Below are positions 48,993-62,543 of a stretch of 64,000 nucleotides of DNA, one piece after another. Numbering within the stretch: the first letter of the stretch is position 1; each line of letters starts with the position of its first letter. Where the stretch lies: the NCBI GenBank assembly GCA_965113315.1, contig OZ220363.1, one strand, 5' to 3'. The notes beneath the pieces are model-generated. The model was given only the letters and a program-made list of their open reading frames with translations, was not told the DNA's origin and did not search any database. Made by a program: the position numbers and the translations under genes. The stretch is from Podarcis vaucheri. Lineage: Eukaryota.

Positions 48993-49990
48993 CCATATTA
49001 TGCAAATTTTTATTTTTTATTTTGATACTATACTTTACTAAGCTGAAATGTTTAAAAGTTCCTTTGATGGCCCTTGAATTGTCCCACCACACTTGCCATC
49101 CTCTCCTGTCACTCCTGCCACACCCTTTGCGAACCACTCCTCCACCTTAATCACTGACGTCTTCTGATGGGCACTTTTGGTGGTTAACCCATGGCCTTAA
49201 GGTTTGGTTGGCCTTTAGTATGAACTGAGCCTGAACTGAGGCTTTAATGTGGCAGGTCCTGTCCTATCCAGTCCTGTGGAGCTTCTTGGCAACAGTAGAC
49301 TGGTAGGAGTTATCCCTGCTTTCTCTTAGACATCTTTTAAAAATTGTACTGCAGACCAGCCTGTGGAATTAGATTATTATTTTTTTACCAACCAGTGGTC
49401 AGGAATGCATCATAATGAAACGGGCTATGTACATTGTCCATAATAAATATTTTTGGAAGGTTCTCTGCCCTCCGCCCCTTGCCCCACTCCAAATATGGTT
49501 CATATCAGCTCCGAGCTTTTCTTATTGCCCTGAATCTCATTGCCAAAACTGGCGGTTTTTCTGTGATTCCTACCTAAAACAATAAATCTCGCTTAAACTT
49601 TGGCTCTACTATAGCTTAAGGTTTGAAAACCTTACTGAACTTGAGCCAAGGCTCAGAGCACAACATGAAGCTCAGTCAATTTCCCATAATTTGGGGTTGC
49701 AGTGAAGAAGAAGAAGAAAGTCTCCCATAGTTCAGCAAAAAGCAATTTTGTTCTGTATTTCAGAGTACTTGAATCCTACAGCTACTACACACTAGCAATT
49801 TTTTATCCTAACAGAATTTCTATTTGGTGAGAAAGGGTGGTGCTGTTCCAAAAGCCATGGCAGTGAAAGAAAGGTGTTCATGCGCACTGTGGAGCCTGAG
49901 GCATTTTGGTAGCTATGGAAAGGGATACAGCTGAAGATCAGGACCATGGAATGAGGAAACTCTGAAGGAGTATTTTGGCAATCTGGAAAT

Positions 49991-49995
<5 letters not shown>

Positions 49996-50038
<43 letters not shown>
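49996..50038. repeat. (CT)n microsatellite
   Basis: Direct reading. Confidence 0.95.
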
Positions 50039-50041
<3 letters not shown>

Positions 50042-51249
50042 GCTCTCCTTTTAATAGTCACTCCAGAGATTGCAAAACACTTCAACCCATTAAAAAAGGA
50101 AGTTGCAAGGTGGAGCCAACACTCTGAGTATAAGGAATTTTTTATTAAAAACGTTGTGTCAGACAGAGTGGGCCAACTCCATTTTAGTATCATTTTTACC
50201 CAGCCCTATGACAGAAATGGATTTATCCCACTATGCGATTGTGAAATGTAATTTCATGATCTGCAATATGCTTTCATATTCTGCTGTACAACTTTCAATC
50301 TTTCCCTCTAATAAAAGTTGCACTGTTTGATATAATTTTAAAGGGACTGCAGTTTTTCTCTGTTTAGAAAACTTCTCTACTTCCTATACTGCTCAGCTAT
50401 TTTAGGTAAAAACAACAACCAGACCTTCCTTCTTTTTCTTTACACATCTTGGTGGAGTATTTGGCCAACAATGTAATTCTTAAAATAGTTATGCAAGATA
50501 AGATACTATTGCTGGCATCTAAGCCCCTGAATTCAACAGATCACAGCCTGTCCACACATTAATGAATGAAATTGCTACCACTGCACAAAAAAGGTCATAT
50601 TTATTCTCCTGGCTTGTTTATATGTACAAAGAGATTTGTGCACACAACTGTAGGTTGCAGCCCTCATTCTGCACACATTACACTTTCCATCCCACTTACC
50701 GCACTGTAGAGCGAAGGGAGTCCAAAAATACTGGAATCTATTTCCTCCTTCCTCTGTAACTGTCTGCACTCAGATACCACTTGCTGTTTGAAGACTCTGT
50801 TATTAATCCTTAATTCAAAAGGCAATCAGGCCTTTGCTGTGGGGAGCTCCTTGGTGTGGAACACAGATGTCTATTAGTTCCACATATAGGCCAACCTACA
50901 TAATTCAGACCATAATCTTCCAAACCACATGTAGAGAGCAGGTGCAATCCAGACTAGTAATTACATCAGCAAACCAAGTCACACCCTATAGCAGAAGGGA
51001 CAGAGGACATATATAGCCAATCGAACCTGAGCAAAGCTTTCCTCCTAGCTTCAAGTGTGGTAATCACTCAGTGTGCAAGTACTGCAATCCTCCTGTGCGT
51101 GCTTACTTGGGAGTAGATTCTACTGAGTTCAACATAGGAATAAGATGCACAACCTATTCACCAATATCACAAGAGAAATTTCATTGTGTGCACATTCTCA
51201 TCACTCCTAAACATCCTTTTCCTGGTCGTGGCAGTAGTATTATAGATTA

Positions 51250-52006
51250 CAAGGGGAAAGCATGCAGGTACCATTCTATTCTGCCTTGGTCAGACCACAC
51301 CTAGAGTACTGTGCCCAATTCTGGTTTAAGAAGGATACAGTGGTACCTCAGGTTACATACGCTTCAGGTTACATATGCTTCAGGTTACAGACTCCGCTAA
51401 CCCAGAAATAGTGCTTCAGGTTAAGAACTTTGCTTCAGGATGAGAACAGAAATCGTGCTCCAGCGACACGGCAGCAGCAGGAGCCCCCATTAGCTAAAGT
51501 GGTGCTTCAGGTTAAGAACAGTTTCAGGTTAAGTACGGACCTCTGGAACGAATTAAAAACCCGATGTACCATTGTATTGACAGGCTGGAACGTGTACAGA
51601 GGAGGGAAACCAAGATGATCAAGCGTCTGGAAACCAAGCCTTATGAGGAACAGTTGAGGGAACTTGGTATGTTTAGCCTGGTAAAGAGGAGACTGAGAGG
51701 AGGTATGACAGCCCTCTTCAAATATCGAAAGGGCTGTCACATGGAAGATGGAGCAAGCTTGTTTTCTCCTGTTCTGAAGGGTAGAACACAAACCAATGGA
51801 TTCAAATTACAAGAAAGGAGATTCTGACGAAACATCAGGAAAAACTTTTTGATGGCAAGAGCCGTTCAACAGTGGATCAGACTTCCTTGGAAGGTGGTGG
51901 ACTCTCCATTCTTGGCCATCTGTCATGGATGCTTTCGTTTAGATTGCTGCATTGCAGGGGGTTAGACTACATGACCCTCAGGGTACCTTCCAACTCTATG
52001 ATTCTA
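51250..52006 (+). mobile_element. CR1 LINE 3' fragment with nested MITE
   Basis: YSALVRPHLEYCAQFW..KKD|IDRLERVQRRETKMIKRLETKPYEEQLRELGMFSLVKRRLRG; tail CCTTCCAACTCTATGATTCTA. Confidence 0.9.
51338..51574. mobile_element. Tc1/mariner MITE, family B, inside CR1
   Basis: TA-CAGTGGTACCTCAGGTTAC ... AACCCGATGTACCATTG-TA; removing it restores GAT ATT GAC (D-I-D). Confidence 0.9.
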
Positions 52007-52891
52007 AATTCTTCCCTCAGGATCAAGATTTTGCTAGTTTACATAAGGATAAATTGTTAGTGGTGGCGGTGTGTTGCCACTATGCTTGAAACAAATAGGT
52101 ATGGTTAGGATGCTCACACACAAAAATGGGAATTCTGGAAGACTGTGTAACCCAGCAGCAGCACTTCATATCCACATGCATCCCATCCTTGCACTTGGTT
52201 CATCCCATGTTGTGAACACAGGCTAAGGAATTCAGTGCTTCTGAACACAGGCAGCTCGTAAATGCCATTGGCAAACCTAGAACACATGCAGGTATGTGTC
52301 AGTGTAAAAAAGCTGACTCATAAGAAGAAGAAACAGCATGTGAATGGATTTTCAGGAAACCGCATACGAGTTTTAATTTATTGATTGTTTTGGCACAGAA
52401 TACAGTCCGGCTGGTTTGTTTGGTGTAGAATTGGTGGCTGTGGAATTCTGAATTAAAATCTATGCACAGGTGAATCACATGAAATAAATGAAAGCCTATA
52501 ATTCAAGCATATTTAAGAAGAAAATTCTTGATCAAGTAGGCCAATTGCCTGAAATACTGAAAATTTGTTTTAAAAATTGTGAGAGAATAGTTTTTTCTGG
52601 GCATGTAGAGTTTGGATTTATGGTTACAGTAACAAAGCATTTAAATTACCAATTCTGAATGATAGTGGTATACTAATAAGTACTAAAAGGCATTTATAAA
52701 AAAAAATTGGACAGCTGCTGGCAATTTAGAGAATCACCTCACAAGACATTAAATGGTGCAGCTACCATGGGTTCACACCCATCTTCAAAGCAGAGAAGTA
52801 TATTAAATGTGACATTTGGATAAAGCAGCAGTGGGGAACCTCAGGACCAGGGACTAAATCAGTGGGGAACCTTGGGACCAGGGGTCCTCAG

Positions 52892-53271
52892 TGTTGGGAT
52901 ACTGCCAGGGAGACATAAGCCATCAAGTCCCCACGCCGTCTCCGGACGATCCATCGATCTCTGGTAGAAATGCAGTATCAGTCAATTAGCGACACAAAGC
53001 CTCAGAAATAGCTTTCCACATTCCAAGCCTTGTGCACGCTCTATCAGCAGAGTTCGTACAATGAAAGGTGCACTCAGGAGAGCATGATTTATAACTTTAT
53101 TCAGCGTTGGTCAGAACAAAGAAAAAACATGACTGCCTGTCTCGATGTCTCAGGCACAGAGAGAAAACGAAAGCATATACAAAACATAAACTTCCTGTGA
53201 ACAGGAAATACGCAGACTCTGTGACTCACAAAGCCTGCTCCCTTTTAAGGTGGAACGGAAATATCCTAACA
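52892..53271 (-). mobile_element. Solo LTR, 380 bp
   Basis: TG...CA ends with inverted termini TGTTGGGATA / TATCCTAACA; perfect 5-bp TSD CTCAG; AATAAA on minus strand at ~53096-53101; CpG retained. Confidence 0.85.
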
Positions 53272-53399
53272 CTCAGTGCCTCTCTACCTGGCGCACAGGG
53301 CTCTCATCAGCTCTGCTTCATACCCTCCTCGAGCGTTTTGGGCTGGCAAAAATGTGTCCTTGACTCTAATCACACTTCTCGCTTACTTGGATGTAGTGG

Positions 53400-53815
53400 G
53401 GTGTGTGAGTGTGTAATTGGATGCCAGTTTCTGGTCCCAATTCAAGGTGCTCACAGTAGTATTTATAGCCCCAAATGTTGTAGGCCCCAAATATCAGAGA
53501 GAATGTCTCCTTCCCTACAGACCCTCTTGGGGGTTAATGACAGCAGAAGGGGCCTTCTTGGCAGTTCTGCCGCCCTCTGGTGTTTGGGTGGTGGTGGCCC
53601 AGGTGAGGGCCTTCTTTGTGGAGGCCCCCAAGTTGTGGAATTCCTTCTTCATGCAGGTGTGCCTGGCATCTTCACTATACAGCTTTTGGTGAATGCTCCT
53701 TACCCTAGCCTTTGGCACCTGAGATTTGTGTTTCCAGGACGCACCCTATTCCAGCAACAGTAATCTGTTTTAACTGTTCTTAATTCTGAATCTCCATTTG
53801 TTGTAACCTGCCCTG
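53400..53815 (+). mobile_element. Old L2 LINE 3' fragment
   Basis: Degenerate match to WLP..QFKVL...GP.YL.E.L...RAF.V.AP.LWNS of L2 ORF2. Confidence 0.7.
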
Positions 53816-54805
53816 ATCAAGCTTTTGGTCCATAATGTACAGATTTAGTGATGTGATGACTGAAGTTTACCAGTACTCCCAACACCAGTAAAACCACAAT
53901 CTCTACATGGGACCACACTTTCCTCTTGACACATTCTTCAGGCAAAGGAAGAGAGGATTCACTTTCTGTAGCCACTCACTTTCACTAAATATGGACACAT
54001 CATAGATTTAACACACTTTAAAAGCACATGACTTCGCCAAATAACCCTTGGAACTGTAATTTACTCCTCAGAGAGCTACAATTCCCGGCACCTTTAACAG
54101 ACTACAGTTCCTAGGATTCTTGGAGGTCCCCAGGTAGGTAAAAGGAGCTCTAGTCCATAGAGTGCCTAGTGGAGGTAATGACATGCAATGCATTAACACA
54201 CAGGATATGTCACCAGAACAGTAACTCAACACGAGCAAGGATTTTGCCCACCACTAAAATAAAACAGATGTTCCTGCAAGCACAACGCCGGCTAAGCTGA
54301 GTTTAGAGCAAGTGTCATAGAGCACAAATAAGACTCAGCAGGTATAAACCATCAGCCTTTGCTATATCGCTCCTGTAGCTGCACCCTCAGCTATATTTAA
54401 ACCAGTGTTCAGGGCACTTTTGGGCAAATGTTCCGCGAGTAGTATTAGGAAAGCATTCATATTTAATTATTTCCTCAATAAATGAACAAAACACTTCTAA
54501 AAGAATGTAGAATTATTGGCTTAAAAGCCTCCGCAACTGTAGACCTTGCATTAAAATAACCATAGTTAATACACTCTTGGCACATGTCACGTTAGTATTA
54601 AAAATGCAGGCCCTTGGAAGTGCCCATCAAGTATGATTCTTTTTTTTCATAGTTCCCTCATAAAACGGTGATGGTTTAAAATGCAGAAATTCACTCAAGG
54701 CATTTTACAGGAAGAGATGCTGGGAATATGATTCTCTTCTATCAGGCACATGGATCTTTTTATTTTAGCTATGCTCCAGGTACATTAATTCTCTGATATG
54801 TTTCC

Positions 54806-54807
<2 letters not shown>

Positions 54808-54843
<36 letters not shown>
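54808..54843. repeat. (GT)n microsatellite
   Basis: Direct reading. Confidence 0.95.
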
Positions 54844-54844
<1 letters not shown>

Positions 54845-54921
54845 TCATTCCAGGTTTGCATGAGATTTGCCATCATTTTTGTTCCCGTGCATCGCCACAC
54901 TTGAAATGCAACCTCGAGCCA

Positions 54922-55251
54922 NNNNNNNNNNNNNNNNNNNNNNNNNNNNNNNNNNNNNNNNNNNNNNNNNNNNNNNNNNNNNNNNNNNNNNNNNNNNNNN
55001 NNNNNNNNNNNNNNNNNNNNNNNNNNNNNNNNNNNNNNNNNNNNNNNNNNNACACCGCCAATCNNNNNNNNNNNNNNNNNNNNNNNNNNNNNNNNNNNNN
55101 NNNNNNNNNNNNNNNNNNNNNNNNNNNNNNNNNNNNNNNNNNNNNNNNNNNNNNNNNNNNNNNNNNNNNNNNNNNNNNNNNNNNNNNNNNNNNNNNNNNN
55201 NNNNNNNNNNNNNNNNNNNNNNNNNNNNNNNNNNNNNNNNNNNNNNNNNNN
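54922..55251. other. Assembly gaps (N 54922-55051 and 55064-55251) with a 12-bp island
   Basis: N runs in the sequence; island ACACCGCCAATC at 55052-55063. Confidence 0.99.
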
Positions 55252-56299
55252 TGAATGCAGATGATCTGAAGCTCTATTCTTGTAGAAATTCAAGAGGGCT
55301 TCTGGCACAGATCAGTTAGACATAAAGGAAACAGCAGGCTTTTTGCAAACAATGCAGGTCTGCATTTTAACCTTTTTACACAGCCTTTCTCCCTCTCTTC
55401 TCCTTCCTTCTTATTCTTAGGGTCTGGCTACCTCTGAATACATTTTTTTTCTCTCTCTCCCCTCACATTCTAATTAAATTATTGCCAGGGTTTCCTTTCC
55501 AAAATACACATAAGGACAAATTACAGGGGACAATGGCTTTCTCAAAACAGCGGCCAAGGAAAAGGCTCTCCACCAAGTGAAAATGAGTTGTGATTTTGGA
55601 TCCTATGCCTGAAGAAGCAACATGTGGAAGCTTGAGAGGAGTCAAATGAGGAGGCTCACTCTGACTATACACAAGCTGCAATCCTCTGCACAGTTACCTG
55701 GGAGTAAGCTCCACTGAAATCACAGGGGGGAAGGGGACCTGTCTCCATGTTAATATGACTAGGAACAGGCTGTAAATTTATTTACACATTCTATTAGTGT
55801 GCCATAAAGAGCAGTGATTTTATCTTCAGACTGCCCAAACATTTTTTTGAAAGCTGGCGAATACAGCAAAGGCCACCTTATTTAAATCACCAAGGATCTG
55901 TTTGAAACACAAGTTGTCTTATTTGTTTTAGAAAAAGTATAAATGCTGAAGCTCAAAAGCATCCTATGTTTGGGATAAAAAGGGGTGTGTGTGTTAAGAT
56001 TTCTTCATAAAGTTTTTTTTTCCTTTAATAAATGTGCACCTATTTTTATTTTTCCTGGAAATAGCACAGCTATTGCAGTGATTTTAACTTTCTTCTCTAA
56101 CTGGCTTGGTATTGTAGTCACAGTCCAGAGAGTTAAGTGTGTAGAAGTGAATAGGTTGGATTTATATTTGGCTGTGCTTTAGACTAGAGCCATTGAAATC
56201 AATGGGGCTTAAGCCAGTCATCTAATTTAAGTCCCACTCTAAGCCTGACTAAATCTGATTCCAACCCAGCAGGTATAAGTACAGTGGTACTCTAGTACT

Positions 56300-56630
56300 G
56301 AACGTAAGAGCCCAGCTGAATCAAACGAAATATTCATATATTGTTTGCTGCTTGTTTGCCACAGCAGCAGTTGGATGCCTTTGGGAAGCTCACAAGCAGG
56401 GCATCAAGGCAATAGCTCTCTCTGCAACCCAGCAAATGGTATTCATTGTCGTGCTGCCTCTGAGTGCGGAGGTTTTATATAACCCTCATGACTAGTTGCT
56501 GCTGATAGACCTGTCCTCCATGAATTTCTCTAATTCCCTAGCTAGTGATCAACCCTCTATCTCATGGAACCAAATGCAATAGATTTATTATGTCTTGTAT
56601 GAAAAAGTACTTCCTTTTGCTTGTCTTGAA
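56300..56630 (-). mobile_element. Old CR1 LINE 3' fragment
   Basis: Collinear with 27365-27660 (GCTCACAAGCAG..CCCAGCAAATGGTATTCA..GATAGACCTGTCCTCCATGAATTT). Confidence 0.65.
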
Positions 56631-58275
56631 GTCCTAAGGCAGCTCATATAGCAAAAATGCAATGGCTGGGAGCAATTGGTTCTGTCAAGCACCTCCTCTA
56701 AGTCCTGGCACTGTGCCTTGGTTTGGCCCGGCCTGAGCTCCAGCCTCGCAACCTGACACTTCCGCTTTTATATAACTAAACTGCATGCATATAACACTCC
56801 TTGCAAGAATTATAACACTGGTTGTGCTAACTTTTATTCATGCACATGACCTCCATGGAGAAGGGAAATCAAAGCATTTCTTCTCTGTGCATTAATTTAT
56901 TATCTGTGTATAATTCTGTGAACATTTTCGCCAGTGAAATATGACGAAGCTTAAAATCAAAGTTAACGAAAATGTCAAATGCTATTGAGTACTATTTGCA
57001 TGGTTTTAATCGATATCCACAAACCTCCTTTGCCTTTCATGTAAGAACGAAGGATGCAAACAAATGAAATAGTTGTTTCTATCAAACGTCAAGGGCTATC
57101 TTTGATTCCCCCACTCTCTTTTCACATAAATTTCAGGAACCCACTATCCAATCTTGCGTTGTTTTCCCCTCTTCCCATACATGTCACACATCAAATTCAT
57201 TTTGACAGCTAAACAATGTTTCCTTTATTTCATTATAGTTTTCTTATCTGGAGTCAAAGCTTCATGACAATTTCAAAGAAAGGAAAATAAAGAACGATCT
57301 TCTGGCAGATAGGTACCTTATTTTTAAGAGATCTCGTGCAGATATGTTGGTAAACACTCCAGCTGTGTTTGATTTGCTTTGAAGGCAATATCCAATTCTG
57401 ATTGTTTTGCTAGCAAGTTCTGCTGCAAGTTTTGTGTTTATATTTTCCAGTCACCCATTTTGCATAACAACCACCACCACCACCACCCTTGAAGTAAAAA
57501 ACCATATCGGTTATTTGCATCTTTCTCTTCATTCTTAGGTAGTTTTGGGTTACAATAAACAGCTTAACTAATTATCACACAACAATAGGTATAAACATGA
57601 GACTGTGTTATATTCTAGCCATGTACACATGTAGCTGCGCACTCTCTACACTGGTTGGACCCACTTTTAACTCAAACCTGCATTTGGGATTGTTTGTTTT
57701 TTACTATGTAGCTCTAGTGGCAATGCTCCTGTCATGATCCATCTTATGTCGGACTGCAACCCACTATTGAGTCCCACACCACCTGTTGAATATTATTTCT
57801 CTACACCAACTGGCAGCATCTCTCTCCACCACTACATTGCAGCAGTAATATGGTACAAACACATTAAGGTACAAAGCCAGGAGTAACGGAATGGGTTGTT
57901 TGGTGCTGAGGCTTGAGATCACCCTCTTCCGTGCCTCTCCAGGAATACTCACTAGTCTCTTTGGCAAGCATGCTCAGATTTCCTTTAAGAAAGTTATCAC
58001 TTTATTCTTCCACAGGATTTCCATGGACTGAGCAGTTTAGTGTATCAGAGAACCACTTGGAGGAAGTGGCATATGCACATGTGAATGAGGATCGTGTTTG
58101 CAATGGGACTCCTCTCCTCTCCATGTTCTGGGGGGTTCTCTCAACCCTTCAGAGCAGATTTAGAGGGCACAAGAGGTGCTGAGTGAGGAGGGGGGAGGAA
58201 GTCCCATTGTACAACTGGACCCTGCTCCACACACACAACTTAGCTGAATCCTGCCCATAGTTTCTCTTCTCACTA

Positions 58276-58501
58276 CAGTGGTACCTTGGGTTACATACGC
58301 TTCAGGTTACAGACTCCGCTAACCCAGAAATAGTACCTCGGGTTAAGAACTTTGCTTCAGGATGAGAACAGAAATCGCATGGTGGCGGCGCAGCGGCAGC
58401 GGGAGGTCCCATTAGCTTAAGTCGTACCTCAGGTTAAGAACAGTTTCAGGTTAAGAATGGACCGCCAGAACGAATTAAGTTCTTAACCCGAGGTACCACT
58501 G
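58276..58501. mobile_element. Tc1/mariner MITE, family B
   Basis: TA-CAGTGGTACCTTGGGTTAC ... TAACCCGAGGTACCACTG-TA. Confidence 0.92.
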
Positions 58502-60079
58502 TACATGAATGAGCTGTGGTGTGACTCGACTTGTGCACTCATATCCTCTTTTGTTGTTTTTTCTTGATTTTAAATAAACTGCAGATCCCTGTGGTGTCCA
58601 GATTTGGGAAGCTGTGGTTTGTCTAAACAACAATTCATGTGAACAAGCCAGGATCAAAATGCCATTTCAGATCCTGGCATGTAAACTATTGATCCCCACA
58701 TCTGAATATTTCAAGGAACAGTGGCTCCCCCCCTCCCCCAGAATTGGAAGCAGATGCTTAAAAACTCTGCACACTCCTGCAAAAGGAGGAAGGAACAGCC
58801 TGTGTGGCCAAGGCTCACGGGGGGTCATTCAAATAGTGGGAAACCATGGTTTTCTGCTACATCTGAACCAACTAGGTGCTAGCTAGCCAGTACTTTCAAT
58901 ACATGGAGCATGCAAAGCTATTACTTTTCCCCACCTCCAGCCTAGTACAGACTCTCAGCCATAAATATTTGGTGGCGGAAACTACAGGTAGTGGAGGGAG
59001 ACATCGTAAATCAACACGAAACAGCATAAGCCTACTTAAACCTAAATTCTAGAAGTCCAGCATGTTTAAATTAATAACTTTAATAAAATAAAACATTACA
59101 TTTAAAAAATATATATGTGCTAGGAGTCCAAGTGCTTGTTAATCATCCTAGAGAGCCTTGGCTTCCATTGGCCAGAACGCTGCCAGGTGGGAACTGGTTT
59201 ACTTTTTAATGAGCAATCTGGCAGAATATTCCCTGCATGTTTTTCTTCTTTTTAATTTTGAGAAAGGGACTAGAAACTTACTTTAATAAAAATAAAAGCT
59301 AAACATCCAGAAAAAGAGGTTTGACGTGCTGCTGAAGTTGGCAGGTCCCTGAAGCCCCGCGCCTTCCACCTGGTTACAGACCTGCCCTAATATGATTGTT
59401 GCTATAAAAGCACTGATACCTTGTCTGCTCAGGGAACATATGGTTATTATTTTTCTACCAGATACAGTCAAGATTCTGCTGGTGCTGCTGCTGCAGCAGC
59501 AGCAGACATTCCTGAAATACACTGTGTTGTACTGGACCAAGGTTGCTTGCATTGCTATGCAGGAGCCTCGCTGTTAAGTTCCTTTTATCTCTCCTTCAAA
59601 AAAGTGTTGCTTTGGTGTGGCTGTCAGGGCTACCGCAGGCATTTTTCAGCATAGTGACAGGTTTTCTGAGGTTACTAACTGACCCCACTATTCTTCAGCA
59701 GCGCTATCTTGCTGTTGGTAGTGGTTCTGCTAACCCGAGTTTGATTGAGGAAGAGGTAACAACACCTGCAGAGCCTGTGAGAAAGGGTCACAGATGGAAA
59801 CTGTTTCTATTGACTTTCTTCTCTGCAAAAACTTCTCTTTATCGACTGTGAGTTGCAGTTTTTGAGAATGAGCTGAAATTCACATGAGCAGCCAGTGTTA
59901 GCTTCAAGGCTATCACACACTATCATCTTCCAAGAGCTGCTTTACTTTGCTGAAGGAAGGAAGAAAGAAAGAAAGAAAGAAAGAAACTTGTTCCACTGGG
60001 TTAGGAAATTATTTTCATTTCTTGTATGGCAGTTATTCTACTTGGCAATATCAACATCACTGCAGTTGTTTCACTAATA

Positions 60080-60917
60080 CAGTGGTGCCTCGCAAGACGA
60101 AATTAATTCGTTCCGCGAATTTTTTCGTCTAACGAATTTTTCGTCTTGCGAAGCACGGTTTCCCATAGGAATGCATTGAAAATCAATTAATGCGTTCCTA
60201 TGGTCAAAAAAGGTCCAAACAAAGCCAAATTTGGTACAACAAGAGTTTATTAAGTGCTCTTTAAAGTCACACATACTGTAAAGAGCATTTCAAAATTCAA
60301 ACCCATTTTTTTTTAAAAAAAACAGCAGAGTGGCCCAATGGTCACAGAAAATCATAAAAATGCAGAAAAAAAACCACAAGCTTCCAGATTCTTGCAAACC
60401 CCTCCCCAACTGTTCCCCCGGCCACCCAGCACACAGAAATTCAAATCCAGATTTTTTTTAAAAAAAACAGCAGAGTGGCCCAATGGTCACAGAAAATCAT
60501 AAAAATGCAGAAAAAACAACACAAGCTTCCAGATTCTTGCAAACCCCTTCCCAACACCAAGACCTTGAATTCCAAACACCCCAACCCAAAATCCAACCCC
60601 CCCCCAAAAGAGTTTTTAAAGCTTAACTTACCAAATGGCTGCAAAATAAGTTTTGGAAAAGCTTCAAAAATCACCAAAGTCTTTAAAAACCTCAAAAAAG
60701 GCTACTATGTACACTGCGTTCTATGAGTTGCTCCTCGAAGTCAAGTTGCAACTGTATTAACGGTGTTAAGAAAAAGGAAACAAACTTGCAAGACGTTTTC
60801 GTCTTGCGAAGCAAGTCCATAGGGAAATTCGTCTTGCGAAGCAGCTCAAAAACGGAAAACCCTTTCGTCTAGCGAGTTTTCCATCTTGAGAGGCATTCGT
60901 CTTGCGGGGCACCACTG
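60080..60917. mobile_element. Tc1/mariner non-autonomous element, family A, longest copy (838 bp)
   Basis: TA-CAGTGGTGCCTCGCAAGACG ... CGTCTTGCGGGGCACCACTG-TA; internal ~118-bp duplication (60293-60410 / 60437-60555); no transposase motifs. Confidence 0.92.
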
Positions 60918-61524
60918 TATTTCATGTATTAATAAATACATGTTAAAGTTAGTCCCATTATGTTCCTTTCACGAGGGCCATTGGTAGTGGTTATTGTTGT
61001 GATGAGATGGTGATGATGATTTCAATTTATACCCGCCCTTCCTCTCAAAGGAGCCCAGGGCACAAAGGCCCCACTGCCTTGTTGCAACCCTTTGGGTGTG
61101 GGGAGAGTTCATCATAAAAGTGGATGGGGCCAAAGTGAAGAAGCAGGCAAATCCAGAGCCTAATGAACCGACTTTCATTTTTATTTTTACAGTATTGAAA
61201 ATGACTTGGTGAACCTGCACTAATTTAAAACAGTGCTAATAATGAAATTATTCTTTATTAGTGTAGATACTATTTTTAATTCACTGAACTAATTGACACA
61301 GGCTGCATTCACAATAACCTGGCTGTGCAACAGAAATGTAGTTCTTCTCCATCTAGAATTGTTCATGCTCATTGTCAGCATACTGCTTTCAGTCCAGATT
61401 GATTATTGATTCCATAAAAGTGGATGTGGTTACTTGATATGTGTTTCAAAGCCCCTTCCTTGATTCGGTTATCCATGCTTTTTCCTCCATGCACATGGCC
61501 CAGCTGAATGAATAAAGGAGTATA

Positions 61525-61670
61525 ATAGAATCATAGAGTTGGAAGAGACCATGAGGGTGATCTAGTCCAACGCCCTGCAATGCAGATTTATTTATTTATT
61601 TGCCCAATGTGGGGCTTAAACCCATGACCCTGAAATCCAGAGTCCCATGCTCTACTGACTGAGCTATCCG
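61525..61670 (-). mobile_element. tRNA(Lys)-derived SINE with CR1 tail (Squam2-like)
   Basis: Minus strand GGATAGCTCAGTCAGTAGAGCATGGGACTC..GGGTTTAAGCCCCACATTGGGC..TTCCAACTCTATGATTCTA; same family as 33282. Confidence 0.85.
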
Positions 61671-62543
61671 TGATTGCCATTTTCATATACACCTACCTAC
61701 AATGTCATTGGGCAGGTGTGGATACACATACACAAAATTGCTGGGGCCCTGCCTACATCTATTTTCAAATGGACACACTGCAGAATCCCTCTTCATTCAA
61801 AGAGCTTTTCTTTTCAGAATGAAACCAGTTTATCAATTAATGATTTTCAGGGGCAAAAAATAAATAAAAATGCAATAGATCCAGATGGTGTGTGTGCACT
61901 GAAAAAACAAGTACTCTTCTCCATTGATTCTAAAATAAAATGTCATGTGTATATGAAGCCTTATTTGAAGAAGCACTAATAATGACTTATTTGATTGGCA
62001 TGCACTCATTTTAAAAAGCATTGCATTGGGGTCTTTTGCTGCATTTGTAGTTACATACTATTATGAATTGGGGTAGGTGCAGGCTCTCCATAATTCCTGG
62101 GTTTAGTAAAAATTAAAATTAATCAAGGTTTGATTAAACTTTGCCAAACACCAAAGCCCCCTGGATTTAGTTATGCTAAGGAGCCAAGCCACCTTGCAGG
62201 TACGGTGATGGCCCATCACAAAAACCATCAGAGGGCAAGACTGCTAGGCAAGGGGCTATGGTGTCCTTTCTTTGCTGGGTGTGAGTGGGGAGATTCAGAG
62301 GCCAGGTTTAGGGTTGCAGCTTTGAATGACATAGGCTGAAGGAAGGTCCTTGGAGTCAGTTAGCAATGAAAAGATGGAAGAACAGAACTCCATGTGAGCT
62401 AGAGATGATAGGCTGGAACAAAGAGACACAGAGGGTGCCTTTTTGTTGTCCTTTGAATCCAATGCTGCCCTTATAGGGGAAGATAGATCCTCATGGGATG
62501 TGAACGCTCTGCAATCTCTCCATCTAGGTGCAGGTTGTATATA

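Noticed and set aside
53107-53763. 218-aa ORF
   Set aside because: Spans a solo LTR and an old L2 fragment out of frame; TTG start; chance opening
54769-55319. ORFs crossing the N runs
   Set aside because: Artefacts of undetermined bases
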